The notes under the pieces are model-generated. The model saw only the letters and a list, made by a program, of their open reading frames with translations, searched no databases and was not told the DNA's origin. The translations under genes were made by a program, and so were the position numbers. A DNA stretch of 64,000 nucleotides, taken from Polyangiaceae bacterium. GTDB lineage: Bacteria; Myxococcota_A; Polyangia; Polyangiales; Polyangiaceae. The stretch lies in contig JBGANF010000019.1 of assembly GCA_044222475.1 (NCBI GenBank), positions 20,673-84,672 on the forward strand, in the 5' to 3' direction. Shown in pieces: positions 37,825 to 45,626 of the stretch. Numbering within the stretch: the first letter of the stretch is position 1; every line of letters starts with the position of its first letter.

Positions 37825-39453
37825 TCAGTCCCGCGGCACCGAACGCCGTAGCTGGCGGTCGATCTCGTCGGCGGAGACGGGCTTGCCATACAGGTAGCCC
37901 TGCACCCGCTCGCACCCGAGCTGCAGGAGCAAGTCTCGCGCAGACTCGAGCTCGACACCCTCGGCCACGACGCGCAGCGACAGCGCCGCGGCCATCTGCA
38001 GCATCGCGCTCACGACGGGTCGTCCGCGCGGGTCCTCGCCCATGCGCATGATGAACGACCGATCGATCTTGAGCCCGTCGATCGGCAGCTCGTGAAGCGC
38101 GGCCAGCGACGCATAGCCCGTACCGAAATCGTCCAGCCAGAGAGACGCACCGCACGCGCGGAGCTCCGCGAGGTGACGATCGGTCTTCGCCGTGCGCTCG
38201 AGGAAGAGGCTCTCGGTGATCTCGAGGTGCACCCGATGCGCCGTGTCCCCCGACTCGACGAGGAGACGGCACAGCCGAGCGACGTGCTCGTCGTCGCGGA
38301 GCTGCGCCGGCGAGAGGTTCACGCTGATCTCGAAATCGGGCCAGCGCTCCGCGTTCGCGAGCGCCTGTCGCAGGACGACCTCGCCGAGGGCGGCGATCAG
38401 GTGGTGCGCCTCGGCCGCGGGGATGAACTCGGACGGCGGCACCGAGCCGATGGTCTCGTCCGTCATGCGGGCGAGCGCTTCGACGCCGACCGCGGCGTCG
38501 GTCTTCAGGTCCCAGATGGGCTGAAAGTGGACCTCGAGGGCGTGCGACGCGAGCGCCTTGCGGAGCGCGCGCACGACCGCGATGCGGCGGGAGATCGTCC
38601 CGCGCATCGCGTTGTCGAACGCGGCGATGCGGTTGCGTCCTGCGTCCTTCGCGCGGTGCATCGCGAGCAGCGCATCGCGGAGCGCGTCCTCGGCAGTGTC
38701 GCCGGCGACCGGCGTTCGCACGCCGACGCTCGCGGTGATCTCCGCCATGACCTCTTCGGCGACGAGCTTGCGCGCGCGCTCCGCGGTCTCCTCCGCGACC
38801 GCGGGATCGGCGAGGAGCGCGAACTCGTCGCCACCGATGCGGGTGAGGCAGTGCGCACCGGAGAACGCCTTCTCGAGCTCCTTGGCGACGGTGACGAGCA
38901 CGACGTCGCCCGCGCCCGGGCCGAGGCCTTCGTTGACGTGTGCGAAGCGATCGAGCCCGAGGACGATTACCGCCCGCGGCTCGCCGCGCGCGATCGCGCC
39001 CCCGATCGCCTCCAGGAGGAGCTCGCGGGTGCCGAGCCCGGTCAAACGATCCTGCCGTTGCGCGAGACGGAGGTCGTCCTCGACGCGACGACGCTCAGTC
39101 ACGTCGACGAGGTGCCCCAGAAGGAGCATGCGACCGCGCGACTGCACGCGACGAAGCTGGACCAACCCGTAGACGACTTGACCGTCGCTCCGTACGTAGC
39201 GGCGCTCGTCGGTGAACGACCCGCTGGCGCGCTCGAGCATCGCGCGTCGAGCGGCGAGGTTCATCTCGGTGTCGGCCGGCACCCAGAACTCGGCGATGTC
39301 GTGACCGACGACCTCGTCGCGATCACGACCGAGAAACAAACAGAACGAGCCGTTCGCGTCCAGCACTCCGCCTTGCTCGTCGACGACGACCACCCCCACC
39401 GGGTTTTCGTCGAGCAAGAGTCGCCTCTCGTCCTCGGGTTCGAGGGGTCCCAT
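37825..39453 (-). CDS. PAS-GGDEF-EAL cyclic-di-GMP protein
   Basis: PAS (DVTERR), DRLTGL, RIGGDEF, VEALAR, DDFGTGY, VAEGVE. Confidence 0.92.
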   Translation of the reverse strand: MGPLEPEDERRLLLDENPVGVVVVDEQGGVLDANGSFCLFLGRDRDEVVGHDIAEFWVPADTEMNLAARRAMLERASGSFTDERRYVRSDGQVVYGLVQLRRVQSRGRMLLLGHLVDVTERRRVEDDLRLAQRQDRLTGLGTRELLLEAIGGAIARGEPRAVIVLGLDRFAHVNEGLGPGAGDVVLVTVAKELEKAFSGAHCLTRIGGDEFALLADPAVAEETAERARKLVAEEVMAEITASVGVRTPVAGDTAEDALRDALLAMHRAKDAGRNRIAAFDNAMRGTISRRIAVVRALRKALASHALEVHFQPIWDLKTDAAVGVEALARMTDETIGSVPPSEFIPAAEAHHLIAALGEVVLRQALANAERWPDFEISVNLSPAQLRDDEHVARLCRLLVESGDTAHRVHLEITESLFLERTAKTDRHLAELRACGASLWLDDFGTGYASLAALHELPIDGLKIDRSFIMRMGEDPRGRPVVSAMLQMAAALSLRVVAEGVELESARDLLLQLGCERVQGYLYGKPVSADEIDRQLRRSVPRD

Positions 39454-39547
39454 CCGAAGCCACAGAATAGGGCCCTCCACCCACCATCGGGTAGTGCAAA
39501 CACGGCGAGCAGAGCCAATCGTTCCGCGCTACGATGTCGGACGGGGC

Positions 39548-40684
39548 ATGGGAGACGCACGCCAAAAACCGAAAATCTTCTCGGTCGCGATCGAGCTCAC
39601 CGCGCACTGCAACCAGAAGTGTGACTACTGCTACAACGAGTGGCGCGACGACGGCGGCCAAGAGGTCGGCGCGCCGACCGCAAGCGAGCTCGTCGCCCGC
39701 GTGCAGAAGCTGCTCGACGCGATCGACGTCGACCACGTCACCGTCACCGGCGGCGAGCCGTTCGCCCAGCCGGCCGCGTTCCAGCTCCTCGACGAGCTCA
39801 CCCGGCGCGGCGTCGGCATCCAGATCATCTCCAACGGGGGGATGATCACCGACAAGCTGGCCGAGCGCCTGGCTCCCCACCGCGTGCGCTACGTCCAGGT
39901 CACGCTCGACGGCCCCACCGCCGCGCTCCACGAAGAGCACGTCGGCGAAGGTCGCGGTCATTTCGAGAAGACGCTCGCCGGCATCGAGGCGCTCCAACGG
40001 CACGGCGTGCCCGTCGTCGGCTGCATCGTCGTGACGAAGAAGAACGCCGGGCTCGTCGGAGCGACGCTCGAGCTGTGGAGGTCGCTCGGCATCAAGACGA
40101 TCTCGTTCAGCCGCTTCAGCCCTGCCGGGTACGCGTCGAAGCACGCCGCGGCGCTGATGCCGTCCGTCGCCGAGGCGACGCTCGCCCTCGAGCAGGCGCT
40201 CCCCTTCGCCAAGAGCGGGATGCGGATCGTCTGTACGATGCCGATGCCGCCTTGCGCAGTCGAAACCGAGCGCTTCGCCCCGATCCAGTTCGGCTCGTGC
40301 CCCATCGGCACCTCGATGCAGGAGATCGCGCTCGGCCCCAACGGCGAGCTTCGAAACTGCACGCTTCATCGTACCAAATTGGGACAAGTGGAGGACATCC
40401 TCGCGCTCGAGACCGACGCCGTCGCTCGGCTCCTCGATGCGCCCGAGCGCACCGAGTACCGCGCGCGCCACCCGGAGTTCTGCACCGGCTGCAAGCACGT
40501 GGACACCTGCGGCGGCGGCTGCGGCGCGGCCGCCGAGTGGCTCCTGGGGGACGCGCGCGCCACACCCGATCCATTCGTTTACCAACACATCGACGACGCC
40601 CTCGCGGAACGGCTGCGAGCGGCGAGGGCCGCGGCTGGAGCCAGCCTCGGCGAGACCAAGCGCCGGCTCGAGGTCATGCCATGA
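39548..40684 (+). CDS. Radical SAM/SPASM domain peptide maturase
   Basis: CNQKCDYC, TGGEP, SCPIG...GELRNC and CTGCKHVDTCGGGC SPASM cysteines. Confidence 0.92.
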   Translation: MGDARQKPKIFSVAIELTAHCNQKCDYCYNEWRDDGGQEVGAPTASELVARVQKLLDAIDVDHVTVTGGEPFAQPAAFQLLDELTRRGVGIQIISNGGMITDKLAERLAPHRVRYVQVTLDGPTAALHEEHVGEGRGHFEKTLAGIEALQRHGVPVVGCIVVTKKNAGLVGATLELWRSLGIKTISFSRFSPAGYASKHAAALMPSVAEATLALEQALPFAKSGMRIVCTMPMPPCAVETERFAPIQFGSCPIGTSMQEIALGPNGELRNCTLHRTKLGQVEDILALETDAVARLLDAPERTEYRARHPEFCTGCKHVDTCGGGCGAAAEWLLGDARATPDPFVYQHIDDALAERLRAARAAAGASLGETKRRLEVMP

Positions 40685-40986
40685 GTGACGACGATCTCAA
40701 GAAGCTGATCCTCTCGCGCCGCGCGAAGCTCGTCGCCGCCGCGCTCGTGGGGACCGCGATCGCGACCACGCTCGAAGCGTGCGTCTGTCTGTCGGTCGCG
40801 GCGGATCCCCCGCCCCCGTCCGATGGCGGCACCGACGGGGCGCGCAGCGACTCCGGACCGGACGTCAGCGTGACCCCGGCGGACGCAGCCACCGACGTCG
40901 CCGTCGACGGAGCACAAGACGCGGCGAAGGATGCCTCCACCGACGCAGCGAGCGATACGTCCCCTGCCGACGGAGGGAACGGGTGA
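40681..40986 (+). CDS. Precursor-like lipopeptide 1 (101 aa)
   Basis: MSDDDLKKLILSRRAKLVAAA leader, LEAC, one VCL motif, Asp-rich tail. Confidence 0.8.
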   Translation: MSDDDLKKLILSRRAKLVAAALVGTAIATTLEACVCLSVAADPPPPSDGGTDGARSDSGPDVSVTPADAATDVAVDGAQDAAKDASTDAASDTSPADGGNG

Positions 40987-41249
40987 GCGACGACGATCTC
41001 AAGAAGCTGATCCTCTCCCGCCGCGCGCGCTTCGTCGCCGCTGCTCTGGCGGCGACCGGTCTCGCGAGCTGCAGCCCGACGCCGTGCCTCGACGTCGTGG
41101 TTCCGCCGAGCGACGCTGCGAGTGACGCCCCGAGCGACGCGGCGAAGGACGCTCCCACGGACGGTCCCCAAGTGTGCTTGGCGCCCATCCAAGAGGACTC
41201 CGGAGCCGACGCCGGCGACGGCAGCCCGAGCGACGCGGGTACTGGCTGA
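40983..41249 (+). CDS. Precursor-like lipopeptide 2 (88 aa)
   Basis: GTG start; SDDDLKKLILSRRARFVAAA, LASC lipobox, PTPCL and PQVCL. Confidence 0.85.
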   Translation: MSDDDLKKLILSRRARFVAAALAATGLASCSPTPCLDVVVPPSDAASDAPSDAAKDAPTDGPQVCLAPIQEDSGADAGDGSPSDAGTG

Positions 41250-41506
41250 TGAGCGACGACGAGCTCAAGCGGCGAATCCTCTCGCGGCGCGCGCGCTTCG
41301 TCGCCGCCGCGATCGCTGCGAGCACGATCGCCGGCTGCGGTACGACGAAGCCGCAGGTGTGCCTGGAGCCCGTCGTGCCCGACGCCTCTGGTGACGCGGC
41401 GGGCGACGCACCGGCAGACGCCCCCGAAGACGGTCCGCAAGCGTGTCTCAAGGTCGCGCCCGACGCCGGCGACGACGCGGCACCCAACGACAGCGGAGCA
41501 GGCTGA
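41249..41506 (+). CDS. Precursor-like lipopeptide 3 (85 aa)
   Basis: MSDDELKRRILSRRARFVAAA, IAGC lipobox, PQVCL and PQACL. Confidence 0.85.
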   Translation: MSDDELKRRILSRRARFVAAAIAASTIAGCGTTKPQVCLEPVVPDASGDAAGDAPADAPEDGPQACLKVAPDAGDDAAPNDSGAG

Positions 41507-41790
41507 TGAGCGACGACGAGCTGAAGAAGCGCATCCTGTCTCGACGAGCGAAGTTCGTCGCTGCCGCGATCGCCGCCACCGGGATCGCCGCGTGCGGCGG
41601 CGAGGTCAGCGGCCCGACCGACGCCGCGGCCGACGGCCCGAAGGACACCCAAGCCGACGTGCCGCAAGCCTGCCTGAGCGCTCCGATCGACGCTGGCGAC
41701 GCGGGGCCGCAGCCCTGCCTCGACGTCGCGCCCGACGCGAGCGACGACGGTCCGCAGCCGTGTCTGATCCCGCCGCTCGACGGGGGCTGA
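41506..41790 (+). CDS. Precursor-like lipopeptide 4 (94 aa)
   Basis: MSDDELKKRILSRRAKFVAAA, IAAC lipobox, PQACL, PQPCL, PQPCL. Confidence 0.85.
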   Translation: MSDDELKKRILSRRAKFVAAAIAATGIAACGGEVSGPTDAAADGPKDTQADVPQACLSAPIDAGDAGPQPCLDVAPDASDDGPQPCLIPPLDGG

Positions 41791-42122
41791 TGAACGACGA
41801 GGAGGCCAAACGTCGCATCCTCGCGCGACGCGCGAAGTTCGTCGCCGCTGCCGTCGCGGGCCTCGGCGCAGTGACGGCCTGCGATCAGTGCGGACCCAAG
41901 CCGTGCCTCGAGCCGCCGCTGGCGTCGACGACTCCACCCGGCCCGTGCCTCTCGGTCTCGACGGTCCCGATGGGTGTCCACGACGGCGCGGTCATCGACC
42001 CCGATGCCGCGCCCCCACCGCACCCGTGCCTCAGCATCATCCGCCCGGTCGACGACGGCGGGATGCCTATGCCTTGCCTCAGCGGAATGGCGCCGCCACC
42101 CAAGCCGTCCTCGAAGCCATGA
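41790..42122 (+). CDS. Precursor-like lipopeptide 5 (110 aa)
   Basis: MNDEEAKRRILARRAKFVAAA, VTAC lipobox, PKPCL, PGPCL, PHPCL, PMPCL. Confidence 0.85.
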   Translation: MNDEEAKRRILARRAKFVAAAVAGLGAVTACDQCGPKPCLEPPLASTTPPGPCLSVSTVPMGVHDGAVIDPDAAPPPHPCLSIIRPVDDGGMPMPCLSGMAPPPKPSSKP

Positions 42123-44266
42123 AGCGCGACGTCCCGCGCGTCCTCCTGATCTGGCCCGGCGGTCTGTTCCAAGGCGGCGGCAACTTCGGCGTGCCCCAGC
42201 TCCTGTCGATCGCCGGCGCGATCCGCCAGGCCACGGACGCCGAGGTCGACATCCTCGACTTCGATCTCGAGCGCGCGTTCGGTCCCGTCGACCTGAAGAA
42301 GATCCTCGCCCAGGGCTACGACCTCGTCGGCATCTCCTGCTACTCCTCCTACGACTTCCTCAAGGTCGAGGAGCTCGCCAAGCAAGTCCGCGACGAGCTC
42401 CCGAGGGCGTGGATCGCCTGCGGCGGCTACCACGCGAGCGCCCGCCCGAACGAGTTCGGCGAACCGTTCGACTTCGTCGTCGTCGGCGACGGCGAAGCGC
42501 CGATGGCCCGCCTCGCGAGCGCGGTCGTCAGCGGCAAGCGTCCGCTGAATCGCGTGCTCGGTCCCGAGTCGGTACCGGACCCCAACAGCCTCCCGCCCTA
42601 CGACTGGTCGCTGCTCTCGCGCTACCAACCGATCGCGCGCAAGCAGGCGTCGCAGGCCGAGATCTACCTCTCGCGCGGCTGCCCCTACGATTGTGCATTC
42701 TGCATGGAACGCGCGAAGCGCGACGTATCGTGGCGCGCGCTCGACGCGGAGCGCGCCATCGAGGAGATGCACTCCCTCGATCGCTTCCTCGATCTCAGCC
42801 GGTTCACCCTCTTCATCGCCGACGCGCTGTTCGGGATGAAGTCCGCATGGCGCAAGGACTTCCTGGAGCGACTCGCCAAGCGCCCGGTGCGCGCGCGCAA
42901 GGTGTGGCTCCTCATCCGCATCGATCTCGTCGACGAAGACGACTTCGCGCTCATGGCGAAGGCCAACGTGTCGCCCGGGTTCGGCCTCGAGTCGGGCGAC
43001 CCCGAGCACCTTCGCCGCATCCGCAAGGCCGGCAAGCTCAACGACTACCTCGACAAGATGTTTCGGATCGCCGGGTGGGCGCGCAAGTACCACGTCCCCT
43101 TCGGCGCCAACGTGATCGTCGGTCACCCCGGAGAGACCGAAGCGACCCTGCGAGAGAGCGCGAAGTACTTGAAGCGGCTCTTCGTCGAGGACGGCCCGAT
43201 GACGATGGGCTTTCTGTCCGTCGATCCGTTCCGCCTCTACCCCGGCTCGCCGATCGACGAAGAGCGCGCAACGTGGGAGGCCGACACCGGCATGAAGGTC
43301 CACCGCTACCCCTGGTGGCAGGACGGCGATCAGGAGTTCCTCTCGGAGTGGGTCGATCCTTCGGCGACGCTCGACTACGACCGCACCCGCACGCTGGAGC
43401 GAGAGCTCTTCCACCCGATCGTCCGCGCCATCCCGGAGCGCTTCGGCTACCAAGGGCCCGCGCGCGACTACTACATGCGCGCGATCGACGATCAGGTGCG
43501 ACTCACCCGGCCCAAGCACCGCCTGCACCAACGCGCCCTTCGCCAGCTTTGGGGCGGGCTCACCGGCGAGCCGACGCCGCACCGCATCGACGACGTCGAG
43601 CTCCGACTCGCCGCGCGCGAGCGCCGAGAGACGACGGTCGACGCGGATTTCCCGAGCCCCATCCGGGCCGCGCTGCTCGACGTCCCGCGCGAGGTCTTCG
43701 TGCGAGACACGGAGCTCGATCGCGCCAGCGAGGACAATGCGCTGCCCCTCGACGACACCGGCGCAGCGACGATCTCGGCCATGCACGCGTACGCGATGTC
43801 GTTCGGCGCGCTCGCGCTCGGCCCCGGTGACTCCCTCGTCGAGCTCGGCGGCGGAAGCGGCTACGGCGCTTGCGTCGCCGGCGTCGTCGTCGGCGAGCGC
43901 GGGCGGGTCCTCTCGTTCGAGATCGATCCGATGCTCGCGTCGTGGGGCGAGGCGAACGTCGCCAAGGTGGCCCGCGGCAACGTAGAGCTTCGCCACGGCG
44001 ACGCGCATCGCGTCGAGCTGTGGCGCGGCGCGCGCAAGGTGAGCGTCGCGTTCTCGATCGCGAAGGTGCCGCACGAGTGGCTCGACGCGCTCGCCCCCGG
44101 TGGCGCGCTCGTCGCTCCGGTCGGCAAGCGCGGCGAGACTCAGCTGCTGACTCGGTTCCGCAAGGCCGACGACGGCTCGATCACCTCCGAGGTCCTCCAC
44201 GAGGTCATCTACGTCCCCGATCGCAGCGTCCGGGACGAGACGACGCGCGCGAGCGTCATGGGATGA
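42119..44266 (+). CDS. B12-binding radical SAM fused to C-terminal protein-L-isoaspartyl methyltransferase (PCMT) domain
   Basis: B12 domain (DLVGISCY, GGYHAS, VVGDGE), SRGCPYDCAFC, GLESG; then VPREVFV, TISAMH, LVELGGGSGY, LAPGGALVAPVG, VIYVP. Confidence 0.9.
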   Translation: MKRDVPRVLLIWPGGLFQGGGNFGVPQLLSIAGAIRQATDAEVDILDFDLERAFGPVDLKKILAQGYDLVGISCYSSYDFLKVEELAKQVRDELPRAWIACGGYHASARPNEFGEPFDFVVVGDGEAPMARLASAVVSGKRPLNRVLGPESVPDPNSLPPYDWSLLSRYQPIARKQASQAEIYLSRGCPYDCAFCMERAKRDVSWRALDAERAIEEMHSLDRFLDLSRFTLFIADALFGMKSAWRKDFLERLAKRPVRARKVWLLIRIDLVDEDDFALMAKANVSPGFGLESGDPEHLRRIRKAGKLNDYLDKMFRIAGWARKYHVPFGANVIVGHPGETEATLRESAKYLKRLFVEDGPMTMGFLSVDPFRLYPGSPIDEERATWEADTGMKVHRYPWWQDGDQEFLSEWVDPSATLDYDRTRTLERELFHPIVRAIPERFGYQGPARDYYMRAIDDQVRLTRPKHRLHQRALRQLWGGLTGEPTPHRIDDVELRLAARERRETTVDADFPSPIRAALLDVPREVFVRDTELDRASEDNALPLDDTGAATISAMHAYAMSFGALALGPGDSLVELGGGSGYGACVAGVVVGERGRVLSFEIDPMLASWGEANVAKVARGNVELRHGDAHRVELWRGARKVSVAFSIAKVPHEWLDALAPGGALVAPVGKRGETQLLTRFRKADDGSITSEVLHEVIYVPDRSVRDETTRASVMG

Positions 44267-44838
44267 GCGCACGGAGCTGGCTCCTCGCGGCGTGGGTGCT
44301 CGGCGCATGCTCGCCGACACCGGACGCACGTCCGGCGTCGGGGGTCGCCGGACCCCTGTCGCCCGCGTCCGCATCGCCCACACCGGCGGGCGCCGCACCT
44401 CGGCGCGCCTGCAGCCACAAGGGGTACGCGGCGCCTGCCGAAGCGAAGCCGGCGATCAGCGTCGCCGCGCGTGGCACGCTCCTCGACGTCACCTTCGAGA
44501 ACCACGGCACCGAGCCGGTGTGCATGCTCACCCACGTGGCGACGACCGGCGAGCACTTCGACTGGATCACCGTCGAGGTCGGCGGCGGCCCCGGCCCGAC
44601 GCGCAGCCTCACCTTCGTCGACGATCGGCGCGAATCGTCGCCTGTCAGCTTCGAGATCGCGCCCGGCGGTAGGCTCACCAAGACGATCGACCTCGGCGCG
44701 TGGGCCAAGCGCCGCATGAACGGCTCGCGCGCCTTGGCCGCAGGCGGCTACACCGTGTCGCTCACCTACGACTCGTCGCACGAGACGATGGCCTGGGCGG
44801 GGACGCTCCGCGCTACGACGACGATGCGCGTTCCTTGA
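44263..44838 (+). CDS. Lipoprotein, last gene of the radical SAM operon
   Basis: LGAC lipobox, Pro/Ala linker, beta-rich domain; ATGA overlap with upstream gene. Confidence 0.72.
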   Translation: MSARSWLLAAWVLGACSPTPDARPASGVAGPLSPASASPTPAGAAPRRACSHKGYAAPAEAKPAISVAARGTLLDVTFENHGTEPVCMLTHVATTGEHFDWITVEVGGGPGPTRSLTFVDDRRESSPVSFEIAPGGRLTKTIDLGAWAKRRMNGSRALAAGGYTVSLTYDSSHETMAWAGTLRATTTMRVP

Positions 44839-45613
44839 GGAGGTCGTCGACGATCGTGCGGAGTGGCGCATCGAGCGACTCGAGCTCCGGCGATGGCGCG
44901 CGGAGGCGTCCCAGCCACGCGCGGTGATCGTGCGCGAGCCCGGCCCGCTCGGCGCGCGCCGCGAGCAGCGCGATCGCCGCGTGCTCGTGATCGGCGAACG
45001 GCAGCTTCCGCGGCGCGAGCTCGGCGACCGTCGCTTCGTGAGCGGCCTGCCACGCCACGAACGCCGGGTCCACCGCGGGCAGCTCCGCTCCCGGGATGCC
45101 CACCCAGATGCATGCCTCGAACAACCTTCCGCGAAGGCGAAGCGACCGCGCGTGCTCGACCGGGAGGCGACCCAGCTGCGGCGCCACCACCGTCAAGCGG
45201 GCGAGCCGCTCGGCGAACGTCGGATCGACACAGACCGCAGGCAGCTTCGCGTGGTGTGGCGCCTCGAGCGCCGCGGCGCAGTGGATGAGCTCCGCGGCGG
45301 CATCGCCCACGAGCACCGCGAGCACCTTCGGCGCGTCCACGTCGTTCGCCGAGAGCTCCTCGAGACCGTGCGCGAACGCCCCGCGCGCGCGCTCGACCGA
45401 CCGAAACAGCCACGCGATGCGCTGCGCGGACGCGAGCGCCTCGTGGCGCGGCGCCGCCGCTGCGATGTCGGCCGCGAACCCGGCTAGCTCGCGCGCGCTC
45501 GCCGGCCCGAGGTGCGACTCGGCCCAGCGGACGTACTCGCGATCATGGACGCTCGCCGGCGCGTCGACCGCGACGTGAGCGAGGACGTGGAAGACGAGGT
45601 CGGTGTAGCTCAG
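44813..45613 (-). CDS. Hypothetical protein, probable non-canonical (CTG) start
   Basis: Frame open well upstream of the first GTG (45340), encoding LSYTDLVFHVLAHV...YVRWAE. Confidence 0.55.
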   Translation of the reverse strand: MSYTDLVFHVLAHVAVDAPASVHDREYVRWAESHLGPASARELAGFAADIAAAAPRHEALASAQRIAWLFRSVERARGAFAHGLEELSANDVDAPKVLAVLVGDAAAELIHCAAALEAPHHAKLPAVCVDPTFAERLARLTVVAPQLGRLPVEHARSLRLRGRLFEACIWVGIPGAELPAVDPAFVAWQAAHEATVAELAPRKLPFADHEHAAIALLAARAERAGLAHDHRAWLGRLRAPSPELESLDAPLRTIVDDLLKERASSS

Positions 45614-45626
45614 CAGCTCGCCGAGC

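Noticed and set aside
33752..39453. Possible genomic island integrated at tRNA-Ser
   Set aside because: No integrase, no duplicated tRNA 3' end downstream and no evident compositional shift.
40681..41860. Regularly spaced repeats resembling a CRISPR array
   Set aside because: The repeats are in-frame coding leaders with synonymous variation, spaced about 260-300 nt apart, and no cas genes are present.
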